DNA of 62,570 nucleotides, filler included, from Kipferlia bialata (lineage: Eukaryota): NCBI GenBank assembly GCA_003568945.1. It is 4 parts of 4 records of this genome, joined end to end, with 100 filler letters (N's around TTAATTAATTAA, not from the genome) between each part and the next. Parts side by side here need not be neighbours in the genome. Positions count along the whole stretch, not along the records: positions 24,437 to 48,700 come from BDIP01000233.1; positions 48,801 to 58,425 come from BDIP01000250.1; 2 more parts are not named here. One strand, given 5' to 3'. Positions 38,061-52,046 of the stretch are shown piece after piece. The notes under the pieces are model-generated. The model ran no database searches, was not told where the DNA came from, and worked only from the letters and a program-made list of their open reading frames with translations. The position numbers and the translations under genes are program-made. Position 1 is the first letter of the stretch. Each line of letters opens with the position of its first letter.

Positions 38061-40036
38061 TCAGCCTTCCTGCCAGCACCACACCCCCTACCAATGCCCC
38101 ACCCACCAGACACAGCGACACAGACTGGTGCACCTTGTATACGCTGAGATACCGTACACGCATTGGGGAGTCAGTGCCACAAGTGGTATCTGGGGGTGAG
38201 GTGCCGCTACCGCATTCAGTATATATACATATTCACACAGATATAACAATTAACCATCCCACCCATCAGATACCAATAGACGCTATAGGCTATAGCTACT
38301 GACCTTCTATACCTTTTGCCGTCTGTGTCCGCTGATGGCTAGACACCCTTCTGGCTGCTGTGTGGTGGGACCGTCTCTGAAGGGCACCCAGGTTGGGGAT
38401 ACCTCGGGTCAGGGGCATAGAAACGGATATACAACCAGTATCAGTATCAGTACATACTTCTGTGTGTGTATATATATATTGCATGCCACCTAATGCGTTA
38501 CCTAGTGCGTTACAGATGGAGTGGGACAGGACTGCCAGGCCTGTGCTGCCTGTACCCAGCACCAGCATAGAGGAGAACAGCCCAAAGCCCCAGGTGTACA
38601 CAAGCTGAGGGGGTCAGACAGGGTGGCAGAAGTGCTGGAATGACGGTGTATGTATACACATATACATGCATCGTTCTCCATATCGAGGGGTATGAAAACT
38701 TATGATAGGTAGCCGTATATACAAAGAAACATCCCCCCTACCTTCACCATGCCCTTCATATATATACATACACATGCACATATACACATACATATGTGGA
38801 TACCCTACCTTTACCATGCCCTTCCCTATCACAGTCAAGAGTGACGGGCGGGGTATGGCTCGGTACGACCTTGGTATTAGTCATACATGGGGATAGGGAC
38901 ACTCTATATATTGACACTGTTGCTGCCCCTCAACTCATGATGGGCACTATGATGTATATCAGTATCAGTATCAGTATCTGTATAATATNNNNNNNNNNNN
39001 NNNNNNNNNNNNNNNNNNNNNNNNNNNNNNNNNNNNNNAATATATAATGCATAATAGTGTATAGCCCTTACCTCATGATGGGCACTATGATGTGTATCAG
39101 TATCATAAATCAGTATCTGTATAGTATATAATGCATAATAGTGTATAGCCCTTACCTCATGATGGGCACTACGTGTGCCAGGGAGAAGAAGGCAGGCAGC
39201 ACCAGCAGAATAGACACGGGGTCCAGGCCTAGTTGGGTGAGACAGGCAATGGGACAGGCCCTGGGGGTCAGTACCATATAGTGTCAATAGTATCAGGTCC
39301 ACATACAATGAACACTGAGTGGATCGATAGAATGGCATAATGACAAACATCTGATCATATACATAAATCATATATATATATATATATATACTGTCAAAGA
39401 TGACACCTGAATGTGATCTCCTCGGCCAAGGGTGCCACAAGCACAGAGAGATAGGAGTGGCAGAGGGCTCGGGGGGACAGGTCCCACCACCTGTGGGTGA
39501 CACACCTCTCAATAAGGGTGCAGGCCAGCAGAGACAGGGTGGCACATACGCCAACACACAGCTGGAGTGAGGGGGGAGGGGTATCAGTACCAGTATCAGT
39601 ATACATTACGCGTAATACAGAGACATATATATATATCGTAGATCTGCCCGAATATTGTACGGAAGGGTGTTGTTCATACATATGTGGATACATGCACACC
39701 TACCTGTGTGGCAGAGGGGGTGGAGAGGAGGAGGTCCAGTAGAACAGACAGGGAAGAGAGGTGCATCCCCCCCTGACACTGCAGCAGATACATCCCCCCC
39801 ACAGTCAGGCCCAGACCCACCAGCGACCCCCCCACCCCCCAGGCCAGTCGGGACAGGGGGGTCTGGCCACCAGTCGATGCCAACAGACCTATGAGACAGG
39901 ACACCACAAAGCACAGGGGGGCAGCCAGAGACAACGCCCACAGCACCCACCCATCATCAGTACCAGTATCACGCACTGAGGCCTCGGCCATCAGGGCCAC
40001 ACCCTCTCGCACAGAGGACACCATCGCAGTGGACAT
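38061..40036 (-). CDS. RCE1: CAAX prenyl protease type II (Rce1/Abi family)
   Basis: Motifs APLAEEITFRAC, FFSLAHV, YTWGFG and LSHSICNALGIP; multiple TM segments; last exon ends TGA 38061-38063. An N-gap at 38989-39038 lies in an intron. Confidence 0.9.
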
Positions 40037-40473
40037 CGATCAGTATAGACACTGGAGCTAGAGACTGCTGCACCTTTGAGTCCTGTTTGTGGCACAAAAG
40101 GGTCGGTGTCACTGCTCAACCTGGATCAAGGTGCCTCTCTTCTCAGTAGTACCCGTGCACGTAGTCTACTGAGACAGAGACCTGTGTCAGTGGTGCCATC
40201 AGTGTACGTGTCGGTGTGGTTTGGTCTGATATGTATGTATATTGGCATGGGGATGTGCCCTCTGGATTGGATTGACATGGGGCATAGTCATATTGTGTAT
40301 GCTATACCTTGTTATAGGTCGCTCTCAAGCCTATGTGTCAATGATACTGATATTATGGTGTGCGTAGCGCCCCGCGCTTGCGGGTGGGTAGTGTATGTAT
40401 CATGTCAGTGGTCTATGAATAGTGTATGCATATGCGTAACCCTCTGTATGTCCCCTCTCTGCCCCACCCCAGC

Positions 40474-40818
40474 ATGTCCACCTCCGCCCCCTTTGTGCTG
40501 CAGCACCTGACCATCCAGGGGGTCAGATCATACTCCTACCAGGTATATATGTGTAAGTGTCACTTATGGGTCTTGCTCAATCCTGTTCAGTTGGGATACA
40601 TACCATGCCTCTCCACATATTCGTGTGTGTGTGGCCACGTATACATATCTACATATCTACATGTGTGAGTTAATATGTATATGGCTATATACCAGTCAGA
40701 TGCCTGTGCATAGTGTGTATATATGTGCCTGTGTATATACACACTGACTGTGGGACAGGACTCACCCCAGGGTATGTATATGTACATGCATTTACCCTTG
40801 TATGTAGGTATATTTATG

Positions 40819-40850
<32 letters not shown>

Positions 40851-43800
40851 AGTGTGTATGTGTGTTTACAACCTCATTCACTGTATGGATGCCAGACTTA
40901 CTCGATTTGCCACACTATTTGATACACTTATATAGGATATCTCTTATGCACATACTCTATTCTCTTCCATCACCGTATGTGTGTGGGTGTGTGGAATACT
41001 TGGATGGACCTCAGGAATCACTACTTACCTTCAGTATGCATATTAATGTGTACCGACCCCAGGGTCAATCACCCTGTATATATTTATATGTGTGTGTATA
41101 TATATATACAACCCCTCTCTTTACCGAGCCCAGGCCCCCAGTCCATCACATTATACATATATATATGTATATACATATACATATATATATATATCTATCA
41201 TATATATGTGCCTACCCCAGGCCCCCCAGTCCATCACCTTCTGTAGGCCCTTGACCATCATCCTGGGCCAGAACGGAGCCGGCAAGACGGTATGGGCTGT
41301 GTTGTAAGTGGTGGATAGGTTATTTGGTATCAGCGTGTAGTAACTATTATAGTACGCTATGTACATGTGGTCTGTGTCTATTATATACCTATGGAGTCAT
41401 ACCCGTGCACATCTACCCCCCTCTCCCATGCACCCACCCCAGACTGTGATTGAGTGTCTCAAGTATGCACTGGCCGATGTCCTACCACCCAACTGCAACA
41501 AGGTGAGTCAGGATACACACATGTGTATATGTATATGTGTATATATATGCTACTAACAGCAACAAGGTGGGGGTATACACACACATGTGTATAGGCATAC
41601 GGGCCGACATATTAGTAGGCATATCTAGACACTATTATAAGAGGGAAAACTCTATATTGTTCCACACCCCAGGGTCAATCCTTTGTCTATAGTGTAATAA
41701 TACATATATTGAGTATAATAATTCATATATTGATATATGTATGTATATGTATATACCTATATATACATCTATATATGCCACCCCTCACCCAGGGCCAGTC
41801 CTTTGTGCACGATGCCAAGCTCCTGAATGTCAAGAGCAGTCAGGGGGCCATCTGCCTCAAGGTGTCCAAGGGGCAGGACACCCTCGAGATCAGAAGAGAG
41901 TTCCAGGTATATGAGTACTGATACCATTAATAATACTATTGTATATTATAATACCATTCATGAGTCTGATATGGTCAGGAGGGAGTTCCAGGTATTCATA
42001 TAGTGATATACACATGTGGATATATATGAGTACTGATACCTGAGTGATACATGAGTCTGACATGATCAGGGAGGGAGGTCCAGGCCCGTAGTATGTGTAC
42101 ATGTATATGTATGCCAACACCCAATTGGATTATAGCCTGTACCCATACTAAGCACTATATATATATATATATATGTATACATATATATACCCCTCACCCC
42201 CAGGTCGTTGTCCGCCCTGCCTCCATGTCCTTCACATCCCTGTCAAACTCCCTCAAGGTAGGGGGAGAGGGGTTGCATGCATATTAATAGACAGATGCAT
42301 ATACACCCACACACACACCTTAGGTCAATGGCAAGAAGCTCCCGGGTCTGAAGAAGACCAACTACGGGGCCACCCTGGGTGGGTACCTAGGGGTGCCCAC
42401 CCCCATTCTGACCAATGTGTCACTGTGCCATCAGGAGGAGAGTGACTGGATACTCGGCAAGGACAAGGTGGGGGGGGGCATGTGTGTATATACATGTATA
42501 CCTGTCATTATATGCGTGACATACCCCAGGACGTCAAGGACAGGTTCGATGCCGTCTTTGCAGCCAGGTCCTACCAACAGGCCCTGGACCTCTTTGCAGC
42601 CAATGCCAAGGTGGGTGGGGGATGGCCTGTCAATTATATATATTGATGTATATATATGTCTGTATATGCATGCCTTACCCTAGGAGCACAAGGCCCTAGC
42701 AGATAGGGCCCAGGCCGAGAGGGCCGGTCTGTCCTCCACCCTATCCTTTGTCACAGACACCCAGAGGGAACTGGCGGATGCTCAGGTGGGTATATGTATA
42801 TAGCAGTATTTATATATATACATAGGTATATATGTATGACAGATACTGATACTGATAAGGGAACTGGCGGATGCCCAGGTGGGTGTGACAGTATGGGTAC
42901 ATTGTGATAATACATGTGGGTGTACTCTCATGACCCCACCTCTATTCCTGAATGACACATTGGTGTACATACATAATCACCTATATACATATGCCCCCAG
43001 CGGCATACTGTTGTCCCTATATAGTATACACCCACCGCATATATACAATCACCCTTACCCCATGTGTATATATGTACTCTTACCCCAGGCCCAGCTGGAG
43101 GCCTGCCTTGCCGACAGACAGACACAGACAGCTGAGCTGGAGAAGGTACATGCATGAGAGATGATTCATTCCTCACACTCATGATACATGTAGTTTACAT
43201 AGTATTGACAGGGTATCATAAGTCCGCAACCTCTTATCTCTCCCTCTCCCCCACTGATATATCAGGCCGAGGCCGCCCTGAGGTCACACACCGAGAGCAG
43301 ACAGGGGACGGTGCAGGCCATGGTATGTGGAGATGGGTATATAGAGAGATATGGCACCCATATATATATATATATATACTGTTATATAGCTTATCATATG
43401 CAGTCCTGACCCCCCAGGCTAGGCTGCAGCTGCTGATATATATATATATATATATATATGCTATTATACTATCCTATACTCTCATATCACNNNNNNNNNN
43501 NNNNNNNNNNNNNNNNNNNNNNNNNNNNNNNNNNNNNNNNNNNNNNNNNNNNNNNNNNNNNNNNNNNNNNNNNNNNTATATATATATATATATATATATA
43601 TGCTATTATACTATCCTATACTCTCATATCATATCACCCCAGGCCAGGCTGCAGCTGCTGAGGGACAGGGTGCAGACCCTCAGGAGTGAGAGGGCCCAGA
43701 CCAAGGAGACAGTCCTGGCCATGGGAGAGGGGGCAGACGACATCAGCAGGTGGATAGATTTGTACATTGATAAGCCCATATGCCCCATGTCCTCTCTTTG

Positions 43801-46800
43801 ATACCCCTGACCCCAGCCTCTCCCTGGATGCCCTGATAGACCAGAGGGACCAGCAGCAGAGACTGATACAGGGTGGGTGGGGGTACATATGTGTAGTGTG
43901 GATATCTCCACCTGTCTCTACCTGTCCCTTTGACTGACCCTTACAACAGAGTGTGAGCGGGGCGTGTCTGCCCAGTCCGACCTTGTGACACAGGCCAACG
44001 CCCACCTGGACAGACTCACGGTGCAGGTGGGGGGGGGGATATGTAGTATATGGATGTGTATATATATATATACCCCCCTAACCTCCAGATTGACATGCTG
44101 CAGACCCAGGTCCAGACCCACACCGACACCCTGGCCAGGTGTGACAGGGACAGACACACCTACGAGGACACGCTCAGGGAGACGCTGGTGGGGTACGGCT
44201 TGTGTTTTGCGATGGGTGTGTACGCAGCGAGTGGTGTTAATCTATAATCTAATGACTGATGGCTACGTGTATTTGATCATGTGTATATATATATCAATGA
44301 CCCTGCCCGTCGTGTCTCTATGTATATCTGTCCAGTAACTCTGCAACTCTATAGTGCCTCTGTACATGCATGCACTGCGCCCTGCTCTGTCTGATGATAC
44401 CGATATGACGACATTACATACTGACACTGACATTGTAGATACGGCATGTCCTCTGGGGGTCAGGTCCAGGCCGAGCTGGACAAGGTGACTGCCAGACAAA
44501 CACAGGAGGAGAGGGAGAGGGAGCAGGTATCGGTTGTATATAGGTATATGCACATACATAGTGACTTCTAGGCACTAGGGACAGGAGGAGAGGGAGAGAG
44601 ACTGGTAGATACAGAGTCTCTTCAGTGATGTATTCTGGGTTACATTCGGTGATATGTATGAATATATATATACACACACACCCTCTGCCCACCCCAGGGT
44701 CTGGTGGAGATATCGGCCAGACGGTCCGCTCTGTCGGCTGGGGTTGGAAGGTGGGTGGTATAGGGTGGTATATGCATAAGTACCTCTGATCTATTATGTT
44801 ATGGATACTGACTACATGCTACCCAGGCTGCATGACTTGTTACTGGCGCGACTTCTATGTCATGGATACCCCCTATATACACAAGTATGTGTGTGTCCCC
44901 CCCCCACCCCAGGCTGCAGCAGCAGGTGGTGTCCCTGACCAGTGCCATCCAGACAGCACAGCAGGAGGTATATCATATTTATATGATGTATTAATATATA
45001 TATATATATTGCACTGTGTGTATGTATGCCATCCAGACAGCACAGCAGCAGGTATGGATGGGTGGACATATATCATATGGATATGAATGAGTACACATAT
45101 ATGTGTGCATGTATAGTATGATTAACCTCTCACCTCTAGGTGGCAGACATCGACTCGAGGCTGAAGGCTGAGCCAGGGGCCCTGGCAGAGGCCGAGGCCA
45201 CGCTCAAACGGGCATGTGACTCACTCCAGACGGCTAGGACAAAGAGGTACGCGATGGATGTTGGTATCATTGGTGAATATGGATATTGGTATCATTGGTG
45301 ATTGTGTTGAATGTGAGTGGTATTTATATACACCACACTCCTACTGACCCCAGCTTGTGTGCCCAGTATCAATAATAATAATAATATATATATGCATGTA
45401 TGTATATATACCCATACCATACCCCCCCTGACCCCAGTCTGTGTGCCCAGGACGAGTATATATATATATGACATACATATATATATACTGTTATGTATAT
45501 ACCCCCCCTGACCCCAGTCTGTGTGCCCAGGACGAGTGCCACACACACAGGGCAGAGGTGGAGGAGGGGGAGAGAGAGGTGTCGTCGGCCAGGGCGGACA
45601 AGGTGGGGTATACATCCATACGGATAGCCCCTCTCCACTCTATCTTTGAAGTATACACACTCACCTCATACTCACCCCCAGGACACCGCCTCTGAGGCCA
45701 TGGCCCAATACACAGAGATGAGCCACATCAGGTGGGGTGTATGATCAATGATATGTATATATGTATGTATATATGTATTGCGTCACGACATCAACCATAT
45801 ATGTGACACATACATCTCTTCCATCCCCCCCATGTGTATGTACATGTACCCCCTGACCTCAGGGAGAGGGCCGAGGAGTGTGAGGCCCAGGCCCAACAGA
45901 TACTGACAGGCATAGAGACACAGAGGTATTGTGGCTTAGACACTACTACTCTTTCTCACACACTACCCCTTACATCAGGCACAGTGTTGTCCAGACCCTA
46001 GGTGGGGCACTGCACTCCATGCACTCCATGCATCAGGACATGCCTGGGGAGGGTGACCTAGGGGATGTCTATCAGCAGTGCACCTCTGGGGTCACGTCTC
46101 TGCTGGACATAGTGGGTACAGAGGGGGGTACTCTGACACTGGGGGGCACGGAGAGTACAGCCCTCAGCGACACCCAGGGTATAGAGGGGGTGGGAGAGGC
46201 AGTACAGACATCGCTAGACAAGGCAAAGGTGGGTGTCGATCAATGTGTGTTAGCTGGTGGCTGTTGGTCTCCCGGGCAGAAGAGAAACGTGCTCTAGTTC
46301 TGAATGCCCTGATGTGTGTGTCATATGTGGCTCTCTGTATTTAGTGTATATATCCCTCTCCCCCCAGGCCCTCTGCTCCCATGCTGACTCCGCTGCCTCT
46401 GATACTGACAGGGCCCATGAGGCACAGAGGCTAGGCAGGGACAGGCTGGGGGGACACACAGCTGCACTGGTCTCTGCACTAGCCAACACAGAGGCAGAGG
46501 GGGAGACAGAGGCCCTGTCCCCAGAGGGTCTCTGTACCAGTGTGCCTGGTCTCGAGGCATATGCCCCCCACCTCTCTCTCCTCGTGGGTGTTACTGACCA
46601 TGATGATTATGATGATGCAGATATAGATGCCGCAGTCTCTGCCCTTGGGAGTGTCCAGTACATACAGGCAGTGAGGGAGGCCCTGACAGAGGCAGAGGCC
46701 AGGCTCAGTGCAGCCAGGGCGGCAGTGCAGGTGGGGGCATGATGATGGCATATACTATACAGTGACCACTGGGAGATTGCAGTCATATCAGGAGGGTGTG

Positions 46801-48599
46801 GATATTGGCTATGTGTACATGTCGTGCTGACTACCAGGGCAGGGAGTACATAGCAGGTCTCAGTGCCTCGATGCAGACAGCCATCGACAAGGGGTATGTG
46901 TACTGTATACTGCCCTAGAGATGCACGTACCCATGTATGGGGTCCACTGATGTTTAGTTGTCGAGAGTATGTATAGTATTTATTTATATTACGTATTCAC
47001 CCTGCATTGTGGTATAGTATACATCCCCCCTCACCACATGTCCTGCCCCGTGTGCAAGAGAGGGTTCAAGGCTGGGTCAGGCCCTATGGGGGTGGCCCAG
47101 GCATATGTCGAGGACATGGCCTCCGAGGAGGTGTGTGTATGTGAATATCGGTGGCAGGGTGTCTGACAGCCATGGCCCATCCCACACTCAGACACATATA
47201 TATACCTATGCGTATGGATGTACATGATCCCTTATTCTGACCCTGACCCTTACCCTTACCCTCCAGTCCTCCACCTGTGTGCATGGGGTGAGTGTCATTG
47301 TACAGGGACTGAGGGCACTCAGGCTGGTGTGCGAGGTGGGGGCATTGCTATACATCATTCACGGTACATCGGCATTGTTATATGTCATATCGTTGTGCAA
47401 ATACCAATACATCAACCATAACCCCGACTCATGTATCAGGACTGCACTGCCCTCTCTGGTGTGTCTGTATTGGCAGGACAGAGGGACTCAGCTAGGGCAT
47501 ATGCAGATGCAGTGGATGCATTGGTAGACGCCATACAGGGGGTCGGGAGGTACGGAGTTGCATTCAGATATATCAGTGTGTGTTGTATAGTGTAACTATA
47601 CCTGTACTGACCCTGCCAGGTGGGTGGATGGTGTCGTGTCGGCTGGGTCTCTGACCAAGTGTGCTGCCCTCAACTCCAAGGCCCAGGCCTACCACACTCA
47701 GGCACAGGCCATAGCACAGAGGGTGCCGTCGGAATTCCAGGTGGGGCGGGGATGGGTGTTTAATCCACATGTGTTTATGCATGCATATATGATCATGTCC
47801 AGTCTGTATAGATAGACAGGGTAGGGCCATAGTCCACACCCTATGCCCCTGACCCCCAGGGCCTGTCTCTGTCCGAGGTGCAGGACAGACACACCGAGTC
47901 TAAGGCAGCCCTGGCAGAGAGGGAGGAGACGCTAAGGTGGGGCAGGGGGTGTGCGTGTATATATCTGTGACATGCAGTGCATCCTGGGTGTGTGACCCTT
48001 ACCCCCAGGCAGTGGCAGAACAGGCTGTCAGGCAGTGTGGCTGCAGCTGACAGGGCGTCTAGGCTGTGTGCCGGAAGAGAGGGTACTGTCACAGAGGCTC
48101 AGGCCAAGGTGAGATATATGCATGAAATGATATGCATGACTTATTTTTACACTATACATTACGTATATATACTAGGGATAGTGATCCTGATACTGTCACA
48201 GAGACACAGGCCAAGGTGGGGTGGGATATGCATCACCATGATGGACGGGTGGCTACTGTACATTACAAATATACACGTATACATACACCCCACCCCCAGG
48301 TCAATGCTCTGCGTGAGGCCACCAAGGCAGGGCACGACCTTAGGCAGAGGCGGGAGAGGCTGTCGGAGTCCCTGACCTCGCAGCACACCCGGAGACAGGA
48401 GGCCCAGGCCCAGCTGACCCCCCTCACCCAGGCCCTGTCCTCCGGGGACATGGAGGCGGCTGTCACCCTGGGCCACTCCATGCACATCTGTGAGGCATGG
48501 ACCAAGGGGTGCCGGAGGGTGGCGGAGGTGGAGGCGGGGAGAGAGGAGCTGACCCAGAGGGAGGAGGGCCTCAGGAAGCTGCAGGCCCATCTAAGCAAG
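40474..48599 (+). CDS. RAD50: DNA repair protein Rad50 (3' truncated at contig end)
   Basis: [71 protein letters not shown], a long coiled coil and the Zn hook CPVCKRGF. Confidence 0.95.
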
Positions 48600-48700
48600 G
48601 TATGGGTATCACGTGTGTGTACTATACTCTAGGCAAGTGTGTCCCTACCATACATGGCAACTGCCATTCGTTTCATTCGCACCATTCGTAAGCGAATTCC

Positions 48701-48800
48701 NNNNNNNNNNNNNNNNNNNNNNNNNNNNNNNNNNNNNNNNNNNNTTAATTAATTAANNNNNNNNNNNNNNNNNNNNNNNNNNNNNNNNNNNNNNNNNNNN
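48701..48800. other. Artificial contig linker
   Basis: N run with TTAATTAATTAA. Confidence 0.98.
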
Positions 48801-48807
48801 GTAGAGG

Positions 48808-48838
<31 letters not shown>

Positions 48839-48911
48839 GGAGAGGGGGGGGGGGACTTGAAGAAGCGCCTCTATATTTGCGAGAGAGATATATATACAAT
48901 GATACACTCAC

Positions 48912-49753
48912 CCTGATCTGCTTGTCCAGACCTCCAATGACATCATATGTGGAGTCTGGGACCTTCTCGACCTGGGGTGAGGGAGAGTGGCACAGAGAAA
49001 CAGGTACAATTCTAAATGACGCCTGGTACAACACACATGCGAAACAAAGACCTCACAACGTGTCTAGCACCAGTATATACATGACTGATACAGGTATATA
49101 TATATATATATACGAAACCACCCTTAACCAGGAGTGAAGCTTCCACACATTCCCCCCACCTTCATCAATGCCACGAGGGGGTCGACCTGGCTGGGCAGCA
49201 CACGCACCAGCTTGTAGGAGTCAGACCTCAGGGCCACCCTAGCGTTGGCCACCACCTCTGCCATGTCAACCTGGGTATGAGGAACAGTACGTATCATACA
49301 CTAGTATACTACACACACTTCAACCCATACCTTGCGATCCACCTCCACGATCATGCGGCCGTCTGGGTGCACCTTGACCAGTGCCTTCCTGTCCCCCAGT
49401 GGCTTGATGACATCGGCCAGGGAGCAGGAGCTCTCCTACAGTCAGTACTCATCACACTGTAGACCCACCACTATACCATGCCCCACCCACCTGTAGCAGA
49501 ATGGACTCCTCCCACAGCTGCCTCACTTGCTGGTTCAGCACGTTCCTCTTGGCCTCCAGTCTAGCCACCCTGGTCTGCATGGAGTCCCTGGTTGTTAGAG
49601 GGGGGCGTCATCACACAATCAATTACAAGGTCAATAGAACATTGCCACCCACCTCTCGCACTCCAGGCGGTACAGCTTGTGCCGCAGGTAGGCATTCACG
49701 CTGTGTCCTGGGGCGGACTCTGTGGCCGTGACGGCCTCTGGGATGGTACTCAT
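48912..49753 (-). CDS. RPT6: 26S proteasome AAA-ATPase subunit Rpt6 (5' part; truncated at contig edge)
   Basis: [69 protein letters not shown]. Confidence 0.93.
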
Positions 49754-50164
49754 CAGTCTCAGGTGAAGGAGGCTTATCATCCAGTTACTGGACCAGTATC
49801 ACAACAAGAATAAACCCTCCAAAAACAACATAATCCAATATCCTTCTCCTACACTGTAACAGTGTCATACATATGAGACATACATCTATGAACACGCCAC
49901 CGACAATCATAGATATCCTTCTATTTTCACCTGTCACTATGGTTGCTGGTGTACTATCAATATTGTACGGCCAGAATGTCGGAATAGCGGATATCAACAT
50001 GGGTGGGATTGATAGATGCTACGGCCCAGCCGACCACTCCTCAACTACTCCCAGGTGACTGCAAACTCAATAGAGACTGGTAGCACACCAACCAGACATC
50101 CGAAGACGAGTGCAAATACTTAACACATCAGGGTTATCCATATGTCTTACTACACTGACTAAGC

Positions 50165-50944
50165 TTACAGATCCACCACGGCCTCTGCCTCTGCCTCTGC
50201 CTCCACCTTGGGCAGGTACAGACCCTGTGCCTCGATGTACTCTAGCACAGGGTCGGGCACCATGAACCTGACCGACATGCCCTGCCCCACCCTCTCCCTG
50301 ACCAGACTAGAACTGACCACAGACTGGATGGCCTCAGTGTCAATCTGGATGTGGGGCAGGTGGGCCGCCATGTGGGGGGTGTGGGCAATGATGTCCCTCA
50401 CCTCCTCCGTGTCCCTCCCGCCAATGCCGCCTGGCCTGGGGAGTGCGTATATGTAGTATGTGTCGAGGATGGCTGCCACGTCCTTGGGGTTCCAGATGGA
50501 GGTGTCCACCATCGACTCCAGCATGTCGATCCCAGCCACCAGGCACACAGCGTGGCCGGGGTGGTCCTCTGCCACGTGGTCCAGGATCACCTTGGTCCTG
50601 GTCCACTCTGCCCGGCTGCACTCCCAGCTATCCACTGCAATGTGGGGGTAGGGGGCCAGGGCACCCTCCAGCATGGCCAGTCTGTGCACACCGTCAAGCA
50701 GGTTGGGCTTCCGCCACCGGTACCCATCGCTGACAGGGGACATCAGGCACCCTGCCACCGTCCGGCCCATCTTGTGCTCAAAGTGCCCCTTGGCCTGCTC
50801 AATCACAAGCAGGTGGGACAGGGTGACTGGGTTGAAGGACCCCATCTGCACCATGATCACGGGGCGGGTGTCATCCTTCCCCATGCTAACTGCAAGTGTC
50901 TGTAGGAATAGTAAACAGAGTACCAGTAGCACAGACTGGTGCAT
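50165..50944 (-). CDS. NMNAT: Nicotinamide/nicotinate mononucleotide adenylyltransferase (intronless; start at 50944 or 50884)
   Basis: GSFNPVTLSHL, SPVSDGY, HRLAM, VDSWE..WTRT, GIDMLES..IW and VSSSLVR. Confidence 0.95.
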   Translation of the reverse strand: MHQSVLLVLCLLFLQTLAVSMGKDDTRPVIMVQMGSFNPVTLSHLLVIEQAKGHFEHKMGRTVAGCLMSPVSDGYRWRKPNLLDGVHRLAMLEGALAPYPHIAVDSWECSRAEWTRTKVILDHVAEDHPGHAVCLVAGIDMLESMVDTSIWNPKDVAAILDTYYIYALPRPGGIGGRDTEEVRDIIAHTPHMAAHLPHIQIDTEAIQSVVSSSLVRERVGQGMSVRFMVPDPVLEYIEAQGLYLPKVEAEAEAEAVVDL

Positions 50945-51051
50945 TACAAGAGAGGGTGTGCTCAGTTGTCTGGAAGGCGACCCTGCCCTTCACTTTGTGT
51001 CAAAAGGTCTTGACCTCACTGTCAGCGATAATCAGCATCGTCTTCAGAAGA

Positions 51052-51778
51052 ATGTCGACTCTCAGAGAGCACATTGTTGTTGTTCTGGGTAGCTGTGGTG
51101 TGGGAAAGAGTGCTCTGACCATCCAGCTTGTCCAGAGGTACTTCATTGAGGACTATGATCCCACAATCGAGGATACCTACAAGAAGCACATGAAGGTGGA
51201 CGATGTGACCGTCATGCTTGACATTCTGGACACTGCAGGCCAGCAGGCCTTCATCTCGATGAGAGACCAGTACCTGGACAAGGGTGACGGCTTCCTGCTC
51301 GTTTACTCCATCACCAGCAGGTCCAGTTTCGAGGAGGTTGTGTCCCTTCGTGACCACGTTCTGAGGGTCAAGGACGCCTCCTCAGCCCCCATCGTCATTG
51401 TGGGCAACAAGTGTGATCTGACCAACCAGCGCCAGGTCGAGACAGACGAGGGCAAGAAGCTTGCAGAGTCATTCGGAGTGCCACACTTCGAGACATCTGG
51501 TACGTGATTTGTGTGGATGGAGACTGTAGTAGGCTATAGCTGGTATATTGTGTCTCTTTTGTATGTGTATAGGGCTTTGCTTGTGTATGTATGTCTCCCT
51601 CATGTTCTGATTAAAATGTGTGTATACTGTTAGTACATATAATAGTTGTCTCATTCTCACCTCAGCCCGTGACAGGACCAACGTCGTTGAGTCCTTCACC
51701 GAGCTTGTCAGGGAGATCTGGAAGCTCAGCGGCTCTAGCGACAAGCAGAGCAACCAGGGATGGTGCCCCCTCCTGTAA
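51052..51778 (+). CDS. RAS: Ras-family small GTPase (intron 51500-51665)
   Basis: G1 GSCGVGKS, effector YDPTIED, LDILDTAGQ, MRDQY, NKCD, ETSA and the CAAX box CPLL*. Confidence 0.95.
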
Positions 51779-52046
51779 AGGATGTATGCCAACCCCCGCT
51801 GTTAACCTGTTGAATCATTTATGTGTTGTGTGTATTGTGTGATGTATCTGGTCTGTTGGGCCGGGTCCTTGTTATTGCTGAGTGTGTAGTGTGAGGGGCC
51901 CTGTCATGGCACCGTTCAGGTGTTGCAGGGCCTAGTCCAAGCAGTGTATTAAAGAGAACCCAGTTATTCACTCCTTTCCTGATGTCTTCTCCCCTTTAAG
52001 ACATCAACAACCCTCGCGTTTCGTTATGTAACTCTGTTACAATTAT

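Noticed and set aside
25540..48600. Numerous 60-150-aa ORFs rich in Y/I/C/V/H/T
   Set aside because: Translations of TA/CA/GA intronic microsatellites or antisense shadows of GC-rich exons.
38061..51778. Functional cluster of Rce1 with its CAAX substrate Ras
   Set aside because: The genes lie on different contigs joined by an artificial linker.
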